A stretch of 60,710 nt of DNA from Fibrobacteria bacterium (lineage in GTDB: Bacteria > Fibrobacterota > Fibrobacteria > UBA11236). Numbering within the stretch: the first letter of the stretch is position 1; the number at the start of each line of letters is the position of its first letter. Positions 21,683 to 31,994 of the stretch are shown here, in pieces. The translations under genes and the position numbers were made by a program. The stretch is taken from the NCBI GenBank assembly GCA_050486505.1, contig JBJHDK010000006.1, forward strand, positions 1 through 60,710. The letters are read 5' to 3'. Under the pieces are notes generated by a model that worked only from the letters and a program-made list of their open reading frames with translations, made no database searches and had not been told where the DNA came from.

Positions 21683-22511
21683 TCTCACGACCTTCACCCT
21701 AATCGTTCTCTCGATCGGCTTCATCGGCAGGGGATTCGACCTGCGCCTCGGCGCCGAATCTCCCGATGAAAGCCTCGGCATGCTGCTGTGGCTTGTGATT
21801 CCCACCGTGGCGGCGCTCCTGCTCCGCGCCTTCGCGGGAGATGGCTGGTCCGACTTTGGAATCCGTCCCAACTTCCGGGGCAATATCCGCTGGTACCTTG
21901 TCGCACTGTTCGTCTTTCCCGCACTCACGGCCGCCACACTCGTAGCGGGCGGGTTGCTTGGGTTGATCACTTTCCCTGGTTTTTCAATCGCCTCGCTGGG
22001 CATGATACTGCAAACGTTCGCGCTCGGCGCGCTCCCGCAATTCATCAAAAACATCTTCGAGGAAACCGCGTGGCGCGGGTACCTCGCCCCGAAAGTGCAT
22101 TCGCTCGGACTCAACGACTATGCGGGTCACATCATCGTGGGTCTGATTTGGGGAGCATGGCACATCCCCTATTACCTGTATTATCTCCCGGAAGAGGTAT
22201 TGCAACAATTTACCGTGATGGGTGTCGCGGCCTTCATCCCCGTTTCCATCATCGTGATGGTGGCCTGGGCGATCGTCTTCGGGGAAATCCGCCTGTTGAC
22301 GGGTTCCATCTGGCCGGCCGTTCTCATGCACATGGTTGAAGACGCATTTCTCAACCAACTCTTCATGGATGGACACCTGTCCATCGTTCCTGGAACGGAT
22401 TGGCTTGTTTCTCCCGTAAACGGCGTGATCAGCATCCTTCTCTTCCTCGCTGTCGGCATCGGACTGAACAGGTACAGAAAAGTGCGGGAACGTCGGATGG
22501 CGAAATCTTGA
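21651..22511 (+). CDS. CPBP (CAAX/Abi) intramembrane metalloprotease
   Basis: 'FEETAWRGYL', 'IWGAWH', 'SIWPAVLMH'. Confidence 0.9.
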   Translation: MKPEKRKTIRNLTTFTLIVLSIGFIGRGFDLRLGAESPDESLGMLLWLVIPTVAALLLRAFAGDGWSDFGIRPNFRGNIRWYLVALFVFPALTAATLVAGGLLGLITFPGFSIASLGMILQTFALGALPQFIKNIFEETAWRGYLAPKVHSLGLNDYAGHIIVGLIWGAWHIPYYLYYLPEEVLQQFTVMGVAAFIPVSIIVMVAWAIVFGEIRLLTGSIWPAVLMHMVEDAFLNQLFMDGHLSIVPGTDWLVSPVNGVISILLFLAVGIGLNRYRKVRERRMAKS

Positions 22512-23083
22512 TGAAGATCATTCGTGTCCGGATACTGACAGTGCTTCTGCTTCTCGCCTCTGCGAGCTGCTTCGCGGGCGAGGAGCGCCCAATCCGGAGT
22601 TCTACGAACCGCCATTTCATCGAAACCTTCCCGATCATGGCTGCCTTCAAGGTGTATTCGGTGCAATACTCCTACGCCCTGAGCTCCAGACTCGATCTTG
22701 TCACCGGGCTTGCATACGTCAATGTCTTCATCGATAACCGCCACGGAGACCGCATCGGCCGCCTTCACTCCCCGACGATTCCGGTCGGACTGCGTGCATA
22801 CGCGTGGCGTGCGCTCCACGTCGAGTACCAGCTTTGGCCCGCATGGAATGCCTATCAGGACATCGAAGGCGAGCGTTGGTACAAAGGATTCGATCTTTAC
22901 AACGAGATTCGGGGGGGATACCGTCTCGACTTCTCTCTGGTGGGGGTTCCCCTGTTCACCAACCTCCAATACGTCTACGGCTTCGGACTCGTGCCGGGGA
23001 ACAAACCCCGAAACTTCATGGATGCCGTGGAGGACGCCCCACCCTTCCACGTTCCCTCCGCCTCGATCGGGATACGGTTCTAA
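22511..23083 (+). CDS. Secreted / outer-membrane beta-barrel-like hypothetical protein
   Basis: Signal peptide, aromatic alternating strands, C-terminal 'IGIRF'; start overlaps upstream stop (TGATG). Confidence 0.65.
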   Translation: MKIIRVRILTVLLLLASASCFAGEERPIRSSTNRHFIETFPIMAAFKVYSVQYSYALSSRLDLVTGLAYVNVFIDNRHGDRIGRLHSPTIPVGLRAYAWRALHVEYQLWPAWNAYQDIEGERWYKGFDLYNEIRGGYRLDFSLVGVPLFTNLQYVYGFGLVPGNKPRNFMDAVEDAPPFHVPSASIGIRF

Positions 23084-23149
23084 TGGATTTCTCATTGAAG
23101 ACAAACTCCTGTTCCTTCACAGGATTACAACAACCGCAGGGAGAACGAC

Positions 23150-23866
23150 ATGAATGACGGAATACCCACCCTGCTTCTCCTTCACGGGGCCGGTACCGGC
23201 CCTTGGGTCTGGGATCGAGTGCTCGAAACACTGCAGACTCCGGCAATCGCGCCGACGTACCCCGGACGCGTCTCGGGTGCGACACCTGACGCGTGCGCCG
23301 ATGGCGTGGTGGCTGCGCTGGATCGTGCGGGTATCGATCATGTCGTGCCCGTGCTGCACTCGCTCGCCGGTGTTCTGGCCCGCCCGCTGGCGGAACGGCT
23401 CGGGAGCCGATTGAAGAAACTGATACTGCTCTCCGCCGTCGTTCCTGCACCGTATCGGACCTTCGCGCAAACCATGGGGTTTCCCGCCCGGCTGTTGCTC
23501 CCCCTGCTGTTCCGTTTCAACCCGAACGGGCTCAAGCCGTCCCCCAAAATGATCCGTGCGGAACTGTGCCACGACCTGACGGAGGAAGACACCGACAGCG
23601 TGATCGAGAACTATGCCGCCGAAATGCCCGGCCTCTACATGACCCCGGCCGGGCCCGGAGAAATACGCGTGCCCGCGACGACGTACCTGAAACTTCTGCA
23701 GGATCGCAGCGTCCCCCCGTCCCTGCAAGATTCCATCGCGGGACGGCTGACCGGCTCGAAAATTCGCGAATTTAACGCGGGTCACCTCGCGATGCTCTCC
23801 CGATCCCGGGAACTGGCGCATGTTCTCGACGAGGAAACGGGCGAAATCAATGGAGCCGATTCGTAG
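23150..23866 (+). CDS. Alpha/beta hydrolase
   Basis: 'LLHGAG', 'LHSLAG' nucleophile elbow, 'QDRSV', 'AGHLAM'. Confidence 0.88.
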   Translation: MNDGIPTLLLLHGAGTGPWVWDRVLETLQTPAIAPTYPGRVSGATPDACADGVVAALDRAGIDHVVPVLHSLAGVLARPLAERLGSRLKKLILLSAVVPAPYRTFAQTMGFPARLLLPLLFRFNPNGLKPSPKMIRAELCHDLTEEDTDSVIENYAAEMPGLYMTPAGPGEIRVPATTYLKLLQDRSVPPSLQDSIAGRLTGSKIREFNAGHLAMLSRSRELAHVLDEETGEINGADS

Positions 23867-23922
23867 AAGCCGTAACGGTTTTTTATAGACTTTGCGCGGT
23901 TCAACCTATTCACGGAGGCCGC

Positions 23923-24894
23923 ATGAAAACCTTCTTCAAGATTCTCGGTTACGCCGTTCTCTCCCTGTTGATCGTCGTCGCGGGCTTCTACCTGTGGGCG
24001 TCGGTCGCATCCAAGCGCATCCTGAGCGAGACCTACGAAGCGCATGCCATCGACTTCCCCATCCCCTTCCCGCTTGATGCCGATCGCATCGCCGCCATGG
24101 ATCTGGCTCCCGAGGATGCATCGCGCCTCGCGATGGAGGAAGCCGTCGAGCGCGGAGGCCACCTCGTGCATGCGCGCTACATGTGCACGGAGTGCCACGG
24201 AAACAACCTCTCGGGGGGAGTGATGGTCGACGCCTTCCCCATCGGAACGCTACTGGGCCCGAATCTCACCGGCGGCGAAGGTGGGGTCACGCGCAACTAT
24301 ACGCCCGCCGACTGGAACCGCACGGTGCGGCACGGCATCCTGCCCGATGGTCGTCCCTCGATCATGCCGTCCGAAGATTTCCGCAACATGTCCGACCAAG
24401 AGCTTTCGGACATCATCGCCTATATCCGTTCCTATCCCCCCGTGGATAACGTCGTCCCCGCGCCGTCCCTCGGACCACTCGGCAAGATCCTGGTCGCCAC
24501 TGGGGAGATCACCCTCTCGGTCCACCACATCCCGTCGCATCACTCCCCGCATCTGGAGTTCCCGCCGGAGGCGCAGGTCACCGCCGAGTTCGGCGCGCAC
24601 CTTTCGGCCACCTGCACGGGTTGCCACGGCATGAACTTCGCCGGCGGCCCGATCGCGGGCGGTGATCCCTCCTGGGCACCGGCCCGCAACCTCACGCCGC
24701 ACCCCTCGGGTCTCGCGGACTGGACGTACGACGATTTCGTCCGCGCCATGCAACAGGGAATCCGTCCGGATGGGACTCCAATCGTTGCGCCGATGACCTT
24801 GGTCACTCCCTACGCGCAGCGCATGACTCCCGTCGAACTCGAGGCGTTGTGGACCTACCTGCGGACGCTGCCGCCCTTGGAGACACCGAACTGA
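23923..24894 (+). CDS. Membrane-anchored diheme cytochrome c
   Basis: N-terminal TM; two CXXCH motifs (CTECH, CTGCH), each followed by 'NLT' and a distal Met. Confidence 0.9.
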   Translation: MKTFFKILGYAVLSLLIVVAGFYLWASVASKRILSETYEAHAIDFPIPFPLDADRIAAMDLAPEDASRLAMEEAVERGGHLVHARYMCTECHGNNLSGGVMVDAFPIGTLLGPNLTGGEGGVTRNYTPADWNRTVRHGILPDGRPSIMPSEDFRNMSDQELSDIIAYIRSYPPVDNVVPAPSLGPLGKILVATGEITLSVHHIPSHHSPHLEFPPEAQVTAEFGAHLSATCTGCHGMNFAGGPIAGGDPSWAPARNLTPHPSGLADWTYDDFVRAMQQGIRPDGTPIVAPMTLVTPYAQRMTPVELEALWTYLRTLPPLETPN

Positions 24895-24921
24895 CTGTTC
24901 CGGTGAAAGGACCCGCCCATC

Positions 24922-25080
24922 GTGGCCGCATCACCTGACGGCAGGACCCTGGCCGCCTTCCTCGGGGCGATGTGCATCGGCGGCGCGCTGGTCATTGCGG
25001 CGGTGTATGTGGGAGCGATTACGGACAACCGGAACAACACGGGCAAGGACCTTTCCGCAACGCGCCCCCCTTCAGGCTAG
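24922..25080 (+). pseudogene. Probable internally deleted EamA/DMT transporter remnant
   Basis: Hand translation VAASPDGRTLAAFLGAMCIGGALVIAAVYVGAITDNRNNTGKDLSATRPPSG*; resembles the first TM joined to the last TM at 'IGG'. Confidence 0.4.
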
Positions 25081-25098
25081 CTTCTACGCAGCACCCCC

Positions 25099-25515
25099 AT
25101 GTCCTTCCTGTCCCGAACCCTTCCCCCGCTCCTTCTTCTGCTTCACGCCGGATTGTTGTTGTGGGCCACGGTCGGCTGGATCGAATGGTTCGCATCGACG
25201 GTTCCGTGGACTCCCCTGAGCAACCCGCTCTTTCCGCAGTGGGTTCTGTTCCTCCACTGGTCCGCCGTTGCCATCGCCTCCGCGCTGTTCCTTTGGGGCT
25301 ACGCGACTCGCTGGAAACACACGCCCGTCGCGATGATCCCTGCGTACGGGTTCATGGCGATCGTGTGCTTCATCGAAACGATCTGGTTCATGGAAAGCCC
25401 GTACAGGTATCTCGCCATGGCTGCGGAGTACGCGGCCTACGCGGGGATCCTGTGGATGCTGTTCCGGATGCCGAGGCTGGCGGATCGATTTCAAAAGTCA
25501 CTGGGAAAGGCATAA
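25099..25515 (+). CDS. Hypothetical 4-TM membrane protein
   Basis: Hydrophobic ORF packed between co-oriented genes. Confidence 0.7.
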   Translation: MSFLSRTLPPLLLLLHAGLLLWATVGWIEWFASTVPWTPLSNPLFPQWVLFLHWSAVAIASALFLWGYATRWKHTPVAMIPAYGFMAIVCFIETIWFMESPYRYLAMAAEYAAYAGILWMLFRMPRLADRFQKSLGKA

Positions 25516-25519
25516 ATCG

Positions 25520-25963
25520 ATGCAAATCATCTCCGACCTCGAGCATAGCCTCGCGGAAACCCTCCCGCTATTCGGCCTGCCGGAAACGGATCTCGCCAAG
25601 CGCTACGCCCCCGGCAAGTGGAACATCCGCTGGATGCTCCACCACCTCGCAGATGCGGAAACGGTTCTCTACGACCGCATCCGGCGTGTCATCAGCGAGC
25701 CGCGCGGCGTGATTTGGGCCTTCGACCAGGACGGGTGGGCCAATGGACTCGACTACGACACGCGCCCGATGGAAGTTTCGCGCAACATCTACGCAGCCGT
25801 GCGCGCGGGTGTGATCCACGAAGCACGCGCGCATTACGAGAAGCACGGCCACTTCGAGTTCATCCATAGTGAAACCGGCGTACGCACGCTCAAGGACGAG
25901 TTCGACAAAATCGCCGCGCACAACGCGCACCACCTTCGTCAGATTCGCGCAGCGCTTCAATAG
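25520..25963 (+). CDS. DinB/YfiT-like metal-binding protein
   Basis: 'YAPGKWNIRWMLHHLADAE', 'FDQDGWA', 'HNAHHLRQI'. Confidence 0.88.
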   Translation: MQIISDLEHSLAETLPLFGLPETDLAKRYAPGKWNIRWMLHHLADAETVLYDRIRRVISEPRGVIWAFDQDGWANGLDYDTRPMEVSRNIYAAVRAGVIHEARAHYEKHGHFEFIHSETGVRTLKDEFDKIAAHNAHHLRQIRAALQ

Positions 25964-26055
25964 GCGCGGAACCGGGATCCCCGGCCTCCGGAACACGTGG
26001 CGTGAGATGGCCTGAAGCCGTACATTGAAGATTCCCCCAGTGAAAGGATTCCCTC

Positions 26056-27519
26056 ATGTCCGGCAAGAAAAAGTCTCGCCTCACCACCAACGGCGGCGCA
26101 CCCGTTCCCGACAACCAGAACGTCATGACCGCCGGCAAGCGCGGCCCCATGCTGATGCAGGATGTATGGTATCTCGAAAAGATGGCGCACTTCGACCGCG
26201 AAGTGATCCCCGAGCGCCGCATGCATGCCAAGGGATCCGGGGCTTACGGAACCTTTACGGTCACGCACGACATCACGAAGCACACCCGGGCGAAGATCTT
26301 CTCGGAGATCGGCAAAAAAACGGAACTCTTCGTACGCTTCAGCACCGTCGCGGGCGAGCGCGGGGCCGCCGATGCCGAACGCGACATCCGCGGCTTCGCG
26401 ATCAAGTTCTACACGGAGGAAGGCAATTGGGATCTCGTGGGGAACAACACCCCCGTCTTCTTCCTCCGGGACCCGCTCAAATTTCCCGACCTCAACCACG
26501 CCGTCAAGCGCGATCCCCGCACCAACCTGCGCAGCCCGCACGGCAACTGGGATTTCTGGACCCTGCTTCCCGAGGCGTTGCACCAGGTCACTGTCGTGAT
26601 GAGCGACCGGGGCATTCCGGCGACCTACAGGCACATGCACGGCTTCGGCAGCCATACCTTCAGTCTCATCAACGCAAAGAACGAGCGGTGCTGGGTGAAA
26701 TTCCACCTGAAGTCACAACAAGGCATCAAGAATCTCACCGACGCGGAAGCGGAAGAGCTGATCGGCAAGGATCGCGAGACTCATCAGCGCGACCTTTACG
26801 AGAGCATCGAGAAGGGCGAATTCCCTCGCTGGACCCTGGCCGTGCAAATCATGTCCGAAGACGATGCGACGAAAACCCCCTACAACCCCTTCGACCTCAC
26901 CAAGGTCTGGCCGCACAAGGACTTTCCCCTGATCGAAGTGGGCGTTCTCGAACTCAACCGCAACCCCGATAATTATTTCGCCGAGGTCGAGCAAGCCGCC
27001 TTCAACCCGGCCAATGTCGTTCCCGGAATCGGGTTTTCCCCCGACAAGATGCTACAGGGGCGATTGTTCTCCTATGGCGACGCACAGCGTTACCGGCTCG
27101 GTGTGAACCACCACCTCATCCCGGTCAATGCCGCGCGTTGTCCGTTTCACAGCTACCACCGCGACGGCTCGATGCGCGTCGACGGCAACCACGGCTCCAC
27201 GATCGGCTACGAGCCGAACAGCCAGGGTGAATGGGCCGAACAACCGGAGTTCGCCGAGCCGCCGCTGGCTCTGGAAGGCGCCGCGGATCACTGGGATTTC
27301 CGCAAAGACGACGACGATTACTACTCCCAACCGGGGGCATTGTTTCGCTTGATGAACACGCAACAACGCAAGGCCCTCTTCGGCAATACGGCCCGGGCAA
27401 TGGCCGGCGCATCGCGCGAGGTGATGCACCGGCATGTTTCGAACTGCCTCAAGGCCGATCCGGATTACGGAAAGGGGGTGGCGAATGCGCTTGGAATCCG
27501 CCTGGAGGGCGTGAAGTAG
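26056..27519 (+). CDS. katA: Monofunctional heme catalase (small subunit)
   Basis: '[15 protein letters not shown]', 'VGNNTPVF', 'RLFSYGDAQ'. Confidence 0.96.
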   Translation: MSGKKKSRLTTNGGAPVPDNQNVMTAGKRGPMLMQDVWYLEKMAHFDREVIPERRMHAKGSGAYGTFTVTHDITKHTRAKIFSEIGKKTELFVRFSTVAGERGAADAERDIRGFAIKFYTEEGNWDLVGNNTPVFFLRDPLKFPDLNHAVKRDPRTNLRSPHGNWDFWTLLPEALHQVTVVMSDRGIPATYRHMHGFGSHTFSLINAKNERCWVKFHLKSQQGIKNLTDAEAEELIGKDRETHQRDLYESIEKGEFPRWTLAVQIMSEDDATKTPYNPFDLTKVWPHKDFPLIEVGVLELNRNPDNYFAEVEQAAFNPANVVPGIGFSPDKMLQGRLFSYGDAQRYRLGVNHHLIPVNAARCPFHSYHRDGSMRVDGNHGSTIGYEPNSQGEWAEQPEFAEPPLALEGAADHWDFRKDDDDYYSQPGALFRLMNTQQRKALFGNTARAMAGASREVMHRHVSNCLKADPDYGKGVANALGIRLEGVK

Positions 27520-27539
27520 CGCTTCCCCCGAGGCACGCG

Positions 27540-28874
27540 CTAACGCAGCGCGCGCCTCAGCGATGCGCCCGCCGTGACCGAACGCCAGCCTTCCCCGCCC
27601 GCCGCCGAAAGCTCCGCCCTGCTGTCGTAGGCGTCCGCTTCGAGGACGAGGCGCGTCTTCTCTCCCAGTCTCCTCGCAAGCAACAAGTAGGCCCTGAATG
27701 CGGGCCTCCAAGGCTCGAACCCGGCGCCGTGCTCACGAAAACGTTCGAAGCCGGCCCCGCCGTCGAACGCCAGCACGTACCGATCCCCCTCGAACTCCAT
27801 GTAGGTTCCGACTTCCGCGGCCTCAACCCGTTCGGGGGCAAAGTATCCCGTCGAGGCGGCACGTGCGAATTGCGTTCGGGCGGCGTGCGCGTTGAACTCG
27901 ACCCATGGCGTGGGACTCCATCCGGCACCACCGCCGGCCATGGTTCTGTAATTGGTCTCGCCCCCGCCCGTGAACCTGGAAGCCCGGCCCGTCGCGCGCA
28001 GACGGAACCCCGTGACCGGGGAAACTTCCGGGCGCACGGTGATTTCGTCGCGCATGATGCCGTCACGGAACAGCTGCGGGGTGACGTCGAGCGGCCGCCG
28101 GTCTGCGCGGACGTCGAGGCGCCATGCGTTCCCGGGAGCGGACGCGCGGAAACGGACATGGCCCGTCGCGCGCAAGTTTTCCGGATCACCATCCCGGACA
28201 TGGAGCGCCCCGGCCTCGATGTCGGCACGCAGCCGCGGACGGGGCATCCACCGCGCCGTCAATCGCGCGTCGAGTCCTTCGACCGCCCCGGATTCCCCTG
28301 AAACACGCGAGTGTCCGAAGAGCACCCCCGCCACCCAGGAATCCGCGACGGGGATGTCCCCGCCTCCGCCTGTCCGCACCACGAGATGTCCCTCGGAGTC
28401 AAGGCCGGCCTCCGACCGGAATTCGACGGCGGGAGACGCGATGTCGGCAGCCGGCGGAGATTGCAGGGTGAACATGCACAACAGGACGGCCGCGACGCCA
28501 CCTCCGCTCCGATGTCGTGACAGAAGTCGCAGAACCTGCACGATCAGCAAGATCATCCCCAGGGTCCCGAGTCCCGTGAGCAGGGCGGGAACGCTGAGAA
28601 TCCGCGGGAGTTCGGATTCTTCCGCCATCCCGGCGGCGACCGCGCCCCCGGCGCCACCCAAAAGAACGAGAAGGATCCTCCCGACAACCCATGCCGTCAA
28701 CCAAAGGCTGCCGAGGATTCCCAGGGCGATGGTTCCCTGACGCGCCGCCTCCCTCCTCCTCTCCGCCGTCGAGCGCCCGCGCGCGATCCGCCACGCTTCA
28801 CGTACCGGCATGGCCAACGCGCAGAGCAGGTAGAACAGCCCGCCGATGCCGGCGCCTGGAATCCCCACCGCCAT
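27540..28874 (-). CDS. Membrane protein with C-terminal beta-barrel-like domain
   Basis: Starts MAVGIPGAGIGGLFYLL, coupled to the GT2 stop (TGATG); TM helices then amphipathic strands with 'GYFAPE'. Confidence 0.6.
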   Translation of the reverse strand: MAVGIPGAGIGGLFYLLCALAMPVREAWRIARGRSTAERRREAARQGTIALGILGSLWLTAWVVGRILLVLLGGAGGAVAAGMAEESELPRILSVPALLTGLGTLGMILLIVQVLRLLSRHRSGGGVAAVLLCMFTLQSPPAADIASPAVEFRSEAGLDSEGHLVVRTGGGGDIPVADSWVAGVLFGHSRVSGESGAVEGLDARLTARWMPRPRLRADIEAGALHVRDGDPENLRATGHVRFRASAPGNAWRLDVRADRRPLDVTPQLFRDGIMRDEITVRPEVSPVTGFRLRATGRASRFTGGGETNYRTMAGGGAGWSPTPWVEFNAHAARTQFARAASTGYFAPERVEAAEVGTYMEFEGDRYVLAFDGGAGFERFREHGAGFEPWRPAFRAYLLLARRLGEKTRLVLEADAYDSRAELSAAGGEGWRSVTAGASLRRALR

Positions 28875-29989
28875 CAGTGGCCTTTCTCGTAAACGCGAAA
28901 CGACTTCCTCAGAATGACTTCGCGGACGAAGGCGTTGAGAAAGTATGCGGCATTGACGACGCGAAGCACCATGAAGGCCGGGAAGCTTGCGAGCGCCTTG
29001 AAGCCCTCCCGACGCGGCAAGGCGCCTGCCAGAACGGGAATCAGGATCGCCGGGGCGTCGATGACGTAGCCGAGCAAAAGCCAGGGAGACTGGAAGCCCA
29101 AGGCCAGCAGCGGAATCAGGAACAGGTAGACGAAGGATGCGAAGGAGGCGTCCCAGAAGGCGACGGCGACGGCCGAGCGGAGAAAGGGCACCTCGAGGAG
29201 CCCGCGGCGATGCACCATCACGTTTTGAACGAATCCGTGCGACCATCTGCGCAACTGCTTGCTCATGAAATTGAAGTTGTGGGGTTCCAGGGGATAACTC
29301 ACGGCCTCGGGGATGAAGCGAACGCCCATTCCGGATTCGTAGAACGACCACGTCAGGTCCATGTCTTCGGCAAGCGTTCGCGAGGGCCATCCCCCCATCT
29401 TTTGCAGCACGTCCGACCTGTACATCGAGAAACAGCCCGACGCGATGAGGGGTTTTCCGTAGTAGTCCTGCACCCGCTTGTAGAAAGTGAAAGCGAAGAG
29501 GTATTCGACGTAGCGGCCGCGCTCCCAGAGCGTGCGGACGCGGCGCGGCAGCACGAAGCCGCAGGCCGCCGCGACCCCCGGGTCGTCGAGCCCCCTCGAT
29601 AGCGTCTCCACCGCATCAGGGGCAAGCACCGTGTCCGCGTCGATGGCCATGACCAGCGGGGTCTCGACCGTGCGCAAGGCGAAATTCTGGGCTCCCGCCT
29701 TTGATCCCGTGTTTTCGGGAGGGCGCATGACGGTCACACCGAGTCGCCGCGCGATGTCCCCCGTCCCGTCCGTGGAACAGTCGTCGACCACGATGATTTT
29801 CTGCGGAAGGATGGTTTGTCCGAGCAAACTCCGGACCGTGTCGGCCACCGAATCGGCCTCGTTGTAGGCCGGAACAATGACGGTCAAGGGAAGGGTCTTG
29901 CGCGCCCCTGCGGCGTTGAGGATCACTGCAGCAGGGAATGCCGGGGAGGGTGAATCCCCGATCAATCCGTTTTCGATGGACTGGATCAT
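28874..29989 (-). CDS. Processive GT2 glycosyltransferase (PgaC/cellulose-synthase-like)
   Basis: 'PAYNE', 'DDCSTD', 'KAGA', 'DADT', 'AEDMD', 'QLRRW', C-terminal TMs. Confidence 0.9.
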   Translation of the reverse strand: MIQSIENGLIGDSPSPAFPAAVILNAAGARKTLPLTVIVPAYNEADSVADTVRSLLGQTILPQKIIVVDDCSTDGTGDIARRLGVTVMRPPENTGSKAGAQNFALRTVETPLVMAIDADTVLAPDAVETLSRGLDDPGVAAACGFVLPRRVRTLWERGRYVEYLFAFTFYKRVQDYYGKPLIASGCFSMYRSDVLQKMGGWPSRTLAEDMDLTWSFYESGMGVRFIPEAVSYPLEPHNFNFMSKQLRRWSHGFVQNVMVHRRGLLEVPFLRSAVAVAFWDASFASFVYLFLIPLLALGFQSPWLLLGYVIDAPAILIPVLAGALPRREGFKALASFPAFMVLRVVNAAYFLNAFVREVILRKSFRVYEKGH

Positions 29990-30181
29990 GCGCGGCGGAG
30001 GCTTCCGATCTCGTGTGGGCACCGGAATCTACCGTATTTCCCGTGTGCTCGCCCGTTCTCTTTGCGGAGGTTCGTCCATTTTCGGGGATGTTTTGTCCCC
30101 GCGAGGTGCCCGGGCGGTTCAGGGGGTACCTTTTCCGGAACGGCTTCGCCGGGGGCCCCCCCGAGCCTTCCAGGAGGAAAC

Positions 30182-30331
30182 ATGCTCAGCACCATTGCCA
30201 TCGTCCTCGTGCTGCTCTGGTTGCTGGGAGTCGTCTCCTCGCACACCATCGGCGGCTTCATCCATGTGCTTCTCGTTGTTGCCGTGATCGCCGTGTTGGT
30301 GCGCATCATCAACGGGCGCAAACCCATGTAA
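30182..30331 (+). CDS. lmo0937-family small membrane protein
   Basis: AGGAGG RBS; 'LLWLLG...IGGFIHVLLVVAVIAVLVRIINGR'. Confidence 0.88.
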   Translation: MLSTIAIVLVLLWLLGVVSSHTIGGFIHVLLVVAVIAVLVRIINGRKPM

Positions 30332-30350
30332 CGGAACTTTGGAGGCTCTC

Positions 30351-31067
30351 ATGTCGCACGCGTTCCCCCACCTCGTTCTTCTTCCCGGCCTGCTCAACGA
30401 CGCGCGCCTCTGGCGCGGCCCGATCTCCGGCCTCGCGGGCATCGCGGAAATGTCGGTCGGCGACCTCACCGGCGCGGAAAGCATGCGGGAACTGGCTGCG
30501 GCGGTGCTGGCGCGCGCTCCGGTGCGCTTCGCCCTTGCGGGGCTTTCCATGGGCGGCTACGTCGCGCTGGAGATCATGCGCCAGGCGCCCGGACGCGTGA
30601 CCGCGCTCGCGCTTCTCGACACCTCCGCCCGCCCCGACACGCGTGAGGCAACCGAGGGGCGGCGGACACTGATGGAACGGTCGAAGACGGATTTCCCGTC
30701 TGTGATCGAAACCATGCTGCCGAAGCTCGTGCACCCCGATCACGTCAAGGATTCCGCGATCGCGGACACCTTCCGGGCCATGGCGCGCGACGTCGGGCAA
30801 CGGGCATACCTTCAGCAGCAAACCGCCATCATGAACCGCATCGACAGCCGCCCCTTCCTGCGCCGGATCGCGTGCCCCACCTTGGTGCTCTGCGGCCGCG
30901 ACGATGCCGTCACCCCTCCGGAAATTCACGAGGAAATGGCATCGGAAATTCCCGGCGCGCGCCTCGAAATCATCGATCATTGCGGCCATCTCTCCGCCCT
31001 GGAGCGCCCCGAGGAAGTACTGGATCATTTGAAAAAATGGCTCGCACGCACAGCCGCTTCTTGGTGA
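30351..31067 (+). CDS. Alpha/beta hydrolase
   Basis: 'GLSMGG', 'GRDD', 'CGHLS'. Confidence 0.9.
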   Translation: MSHAFPHLVLLPGLLNDARLWRGPISGLAGIAEMSVGDLTGAESMRELAAAVLARAPVRFALAGLSMGGYVALEIMRQAPGRVTALALLDTSARPDTREATEGRRTLMERSKTDFPSVIETMLPKLVHPDHVKDSAIADTFRAMARDVGQRAYLQQQTAIMNRIDSRPFLRRIACPTLVLCGRDDAVTPPEIHEEMASEIPGARLEIIDHCGHLSALERPEEVLDHLKKWLARTAASW

Positions 31068-31165
31068 AACCCTTCCCTCTGCAGTCCTGCCGCGCAGGAT
31101 AGTCGGCATCCTTCCCCACCCGCGCCGGATATCCCGAAGAGCATTCACGGATCCCGAAACAATTT

Positions 31166-31185
31166 AATAGACTTTTTTATCTATT
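31166..31185. promoter_or_regulatory. Palindromic operator upstream of ric (Rrf2-type candidate)
   Basis: AATAGA-CTTTTTTA-TCTATT. Confidence 0.45.
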
Positions 31186-31252
31186 GAATATATCTTGATG
31201 CCTGACACCGGATTTTCCCTGGAAACCGGGTCAACCGAATAAGGAGGACGAG

Positions 31253-31966
31253 ATGGTTCAGCTGACAGACACCGTGAACAAGATCATGAAAACACACCCG
31301 GAATCCGCGCGCGCGTTCGAACGCTTCGGACTGGACTACTGCTGCGGCGGTGGAATCCGGCTGGACGAGGCGGCACAGCAACGCGGCGTCGATCCCGCCG
31401 CGCTGCTCGCGGCCATTGAGGATGAAATCGCGCCTGAGGCCGAGCCCCCCGATTCGCCGGCGCAGTTTTCAGCCGACCGGCTGGCGGATCACATCGAAGA
31501 AACGCATCACTCCTGGCTGATGGCCGAAATGCCCCGGCTCAATGCCATGACGGAGCGTGTCGCCATGGTTCACGGAAACCGCGATCCCAGACTCCATACG
31601 ATCCATGAAACCTGGAGTGAACTCTTCCGCGAGCTGGCAGAACACCTTTCGAAGGAAGAGCAAATCCTCTTCCCCATCATCCGGGGCCTCGCGCGCGGCG
31701 AAGCCTCCGCCGCATCGCATTGCGGATCCGTTGCGAATCCGATCGCGCAGATGGAGCGCGACCACGATGTCATCGAGGCCGGAATCGCGCGGCTGCGCGA
31801 TCTGACGGACGGCTACGTGCCCCCGAAATGGGCGTGCGGAACCTATCGAGCCATGCTCGAGTCGCTCTCACGGCTCGAGGCCGACACCCTGGCCCACACC
31901 GCGAAGGAGGAGACCCTCCTCTTCCCTCGCGCCATCGAACTGGAGCGGGCCGTAAAAGGAGGATGA
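31253..31966 (+). CDS. ric: Iron-sulfur cluster repair di-iron protein (Ric/YtfE/ScdA)
   Basis: 'LDYCCGG', 'HIEETHH', 'HLSKEEQILFP', 'MERDHD', 'ACGTY'. Confidence 0.93.
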   Translation: MVQLTDTVNKIMKTHPESARAFERFGLDYCCGGGIRLDEAAQQRGVDPAALLAAIEDEIAPEAEPPDSPAQFSADRLADHIEETHHSWLMAEMPRLNAMTERVAMVHGNRDPRLHTIHETWSELFRELAEHLSKEEQILFPIIRGLARGEASAASHCGSVANPIAQMERDHDVIEAGIARLRDLTDGYVPPKWACGTYRAMLESLSRLEADTLAHTAKEETLLFPRAIELERAVKGG

Positions 31967-31994
31967 AGCTGCAAGGCCGGGGCGTGGCTTCCGG

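Noticed and set aside
18630-26000. Integron cassette array
   Set aside because: The genes are co-oriented, but I found no recurring RYYYAAC...GTTRRRY attC hairpins after the stops and no IntI.
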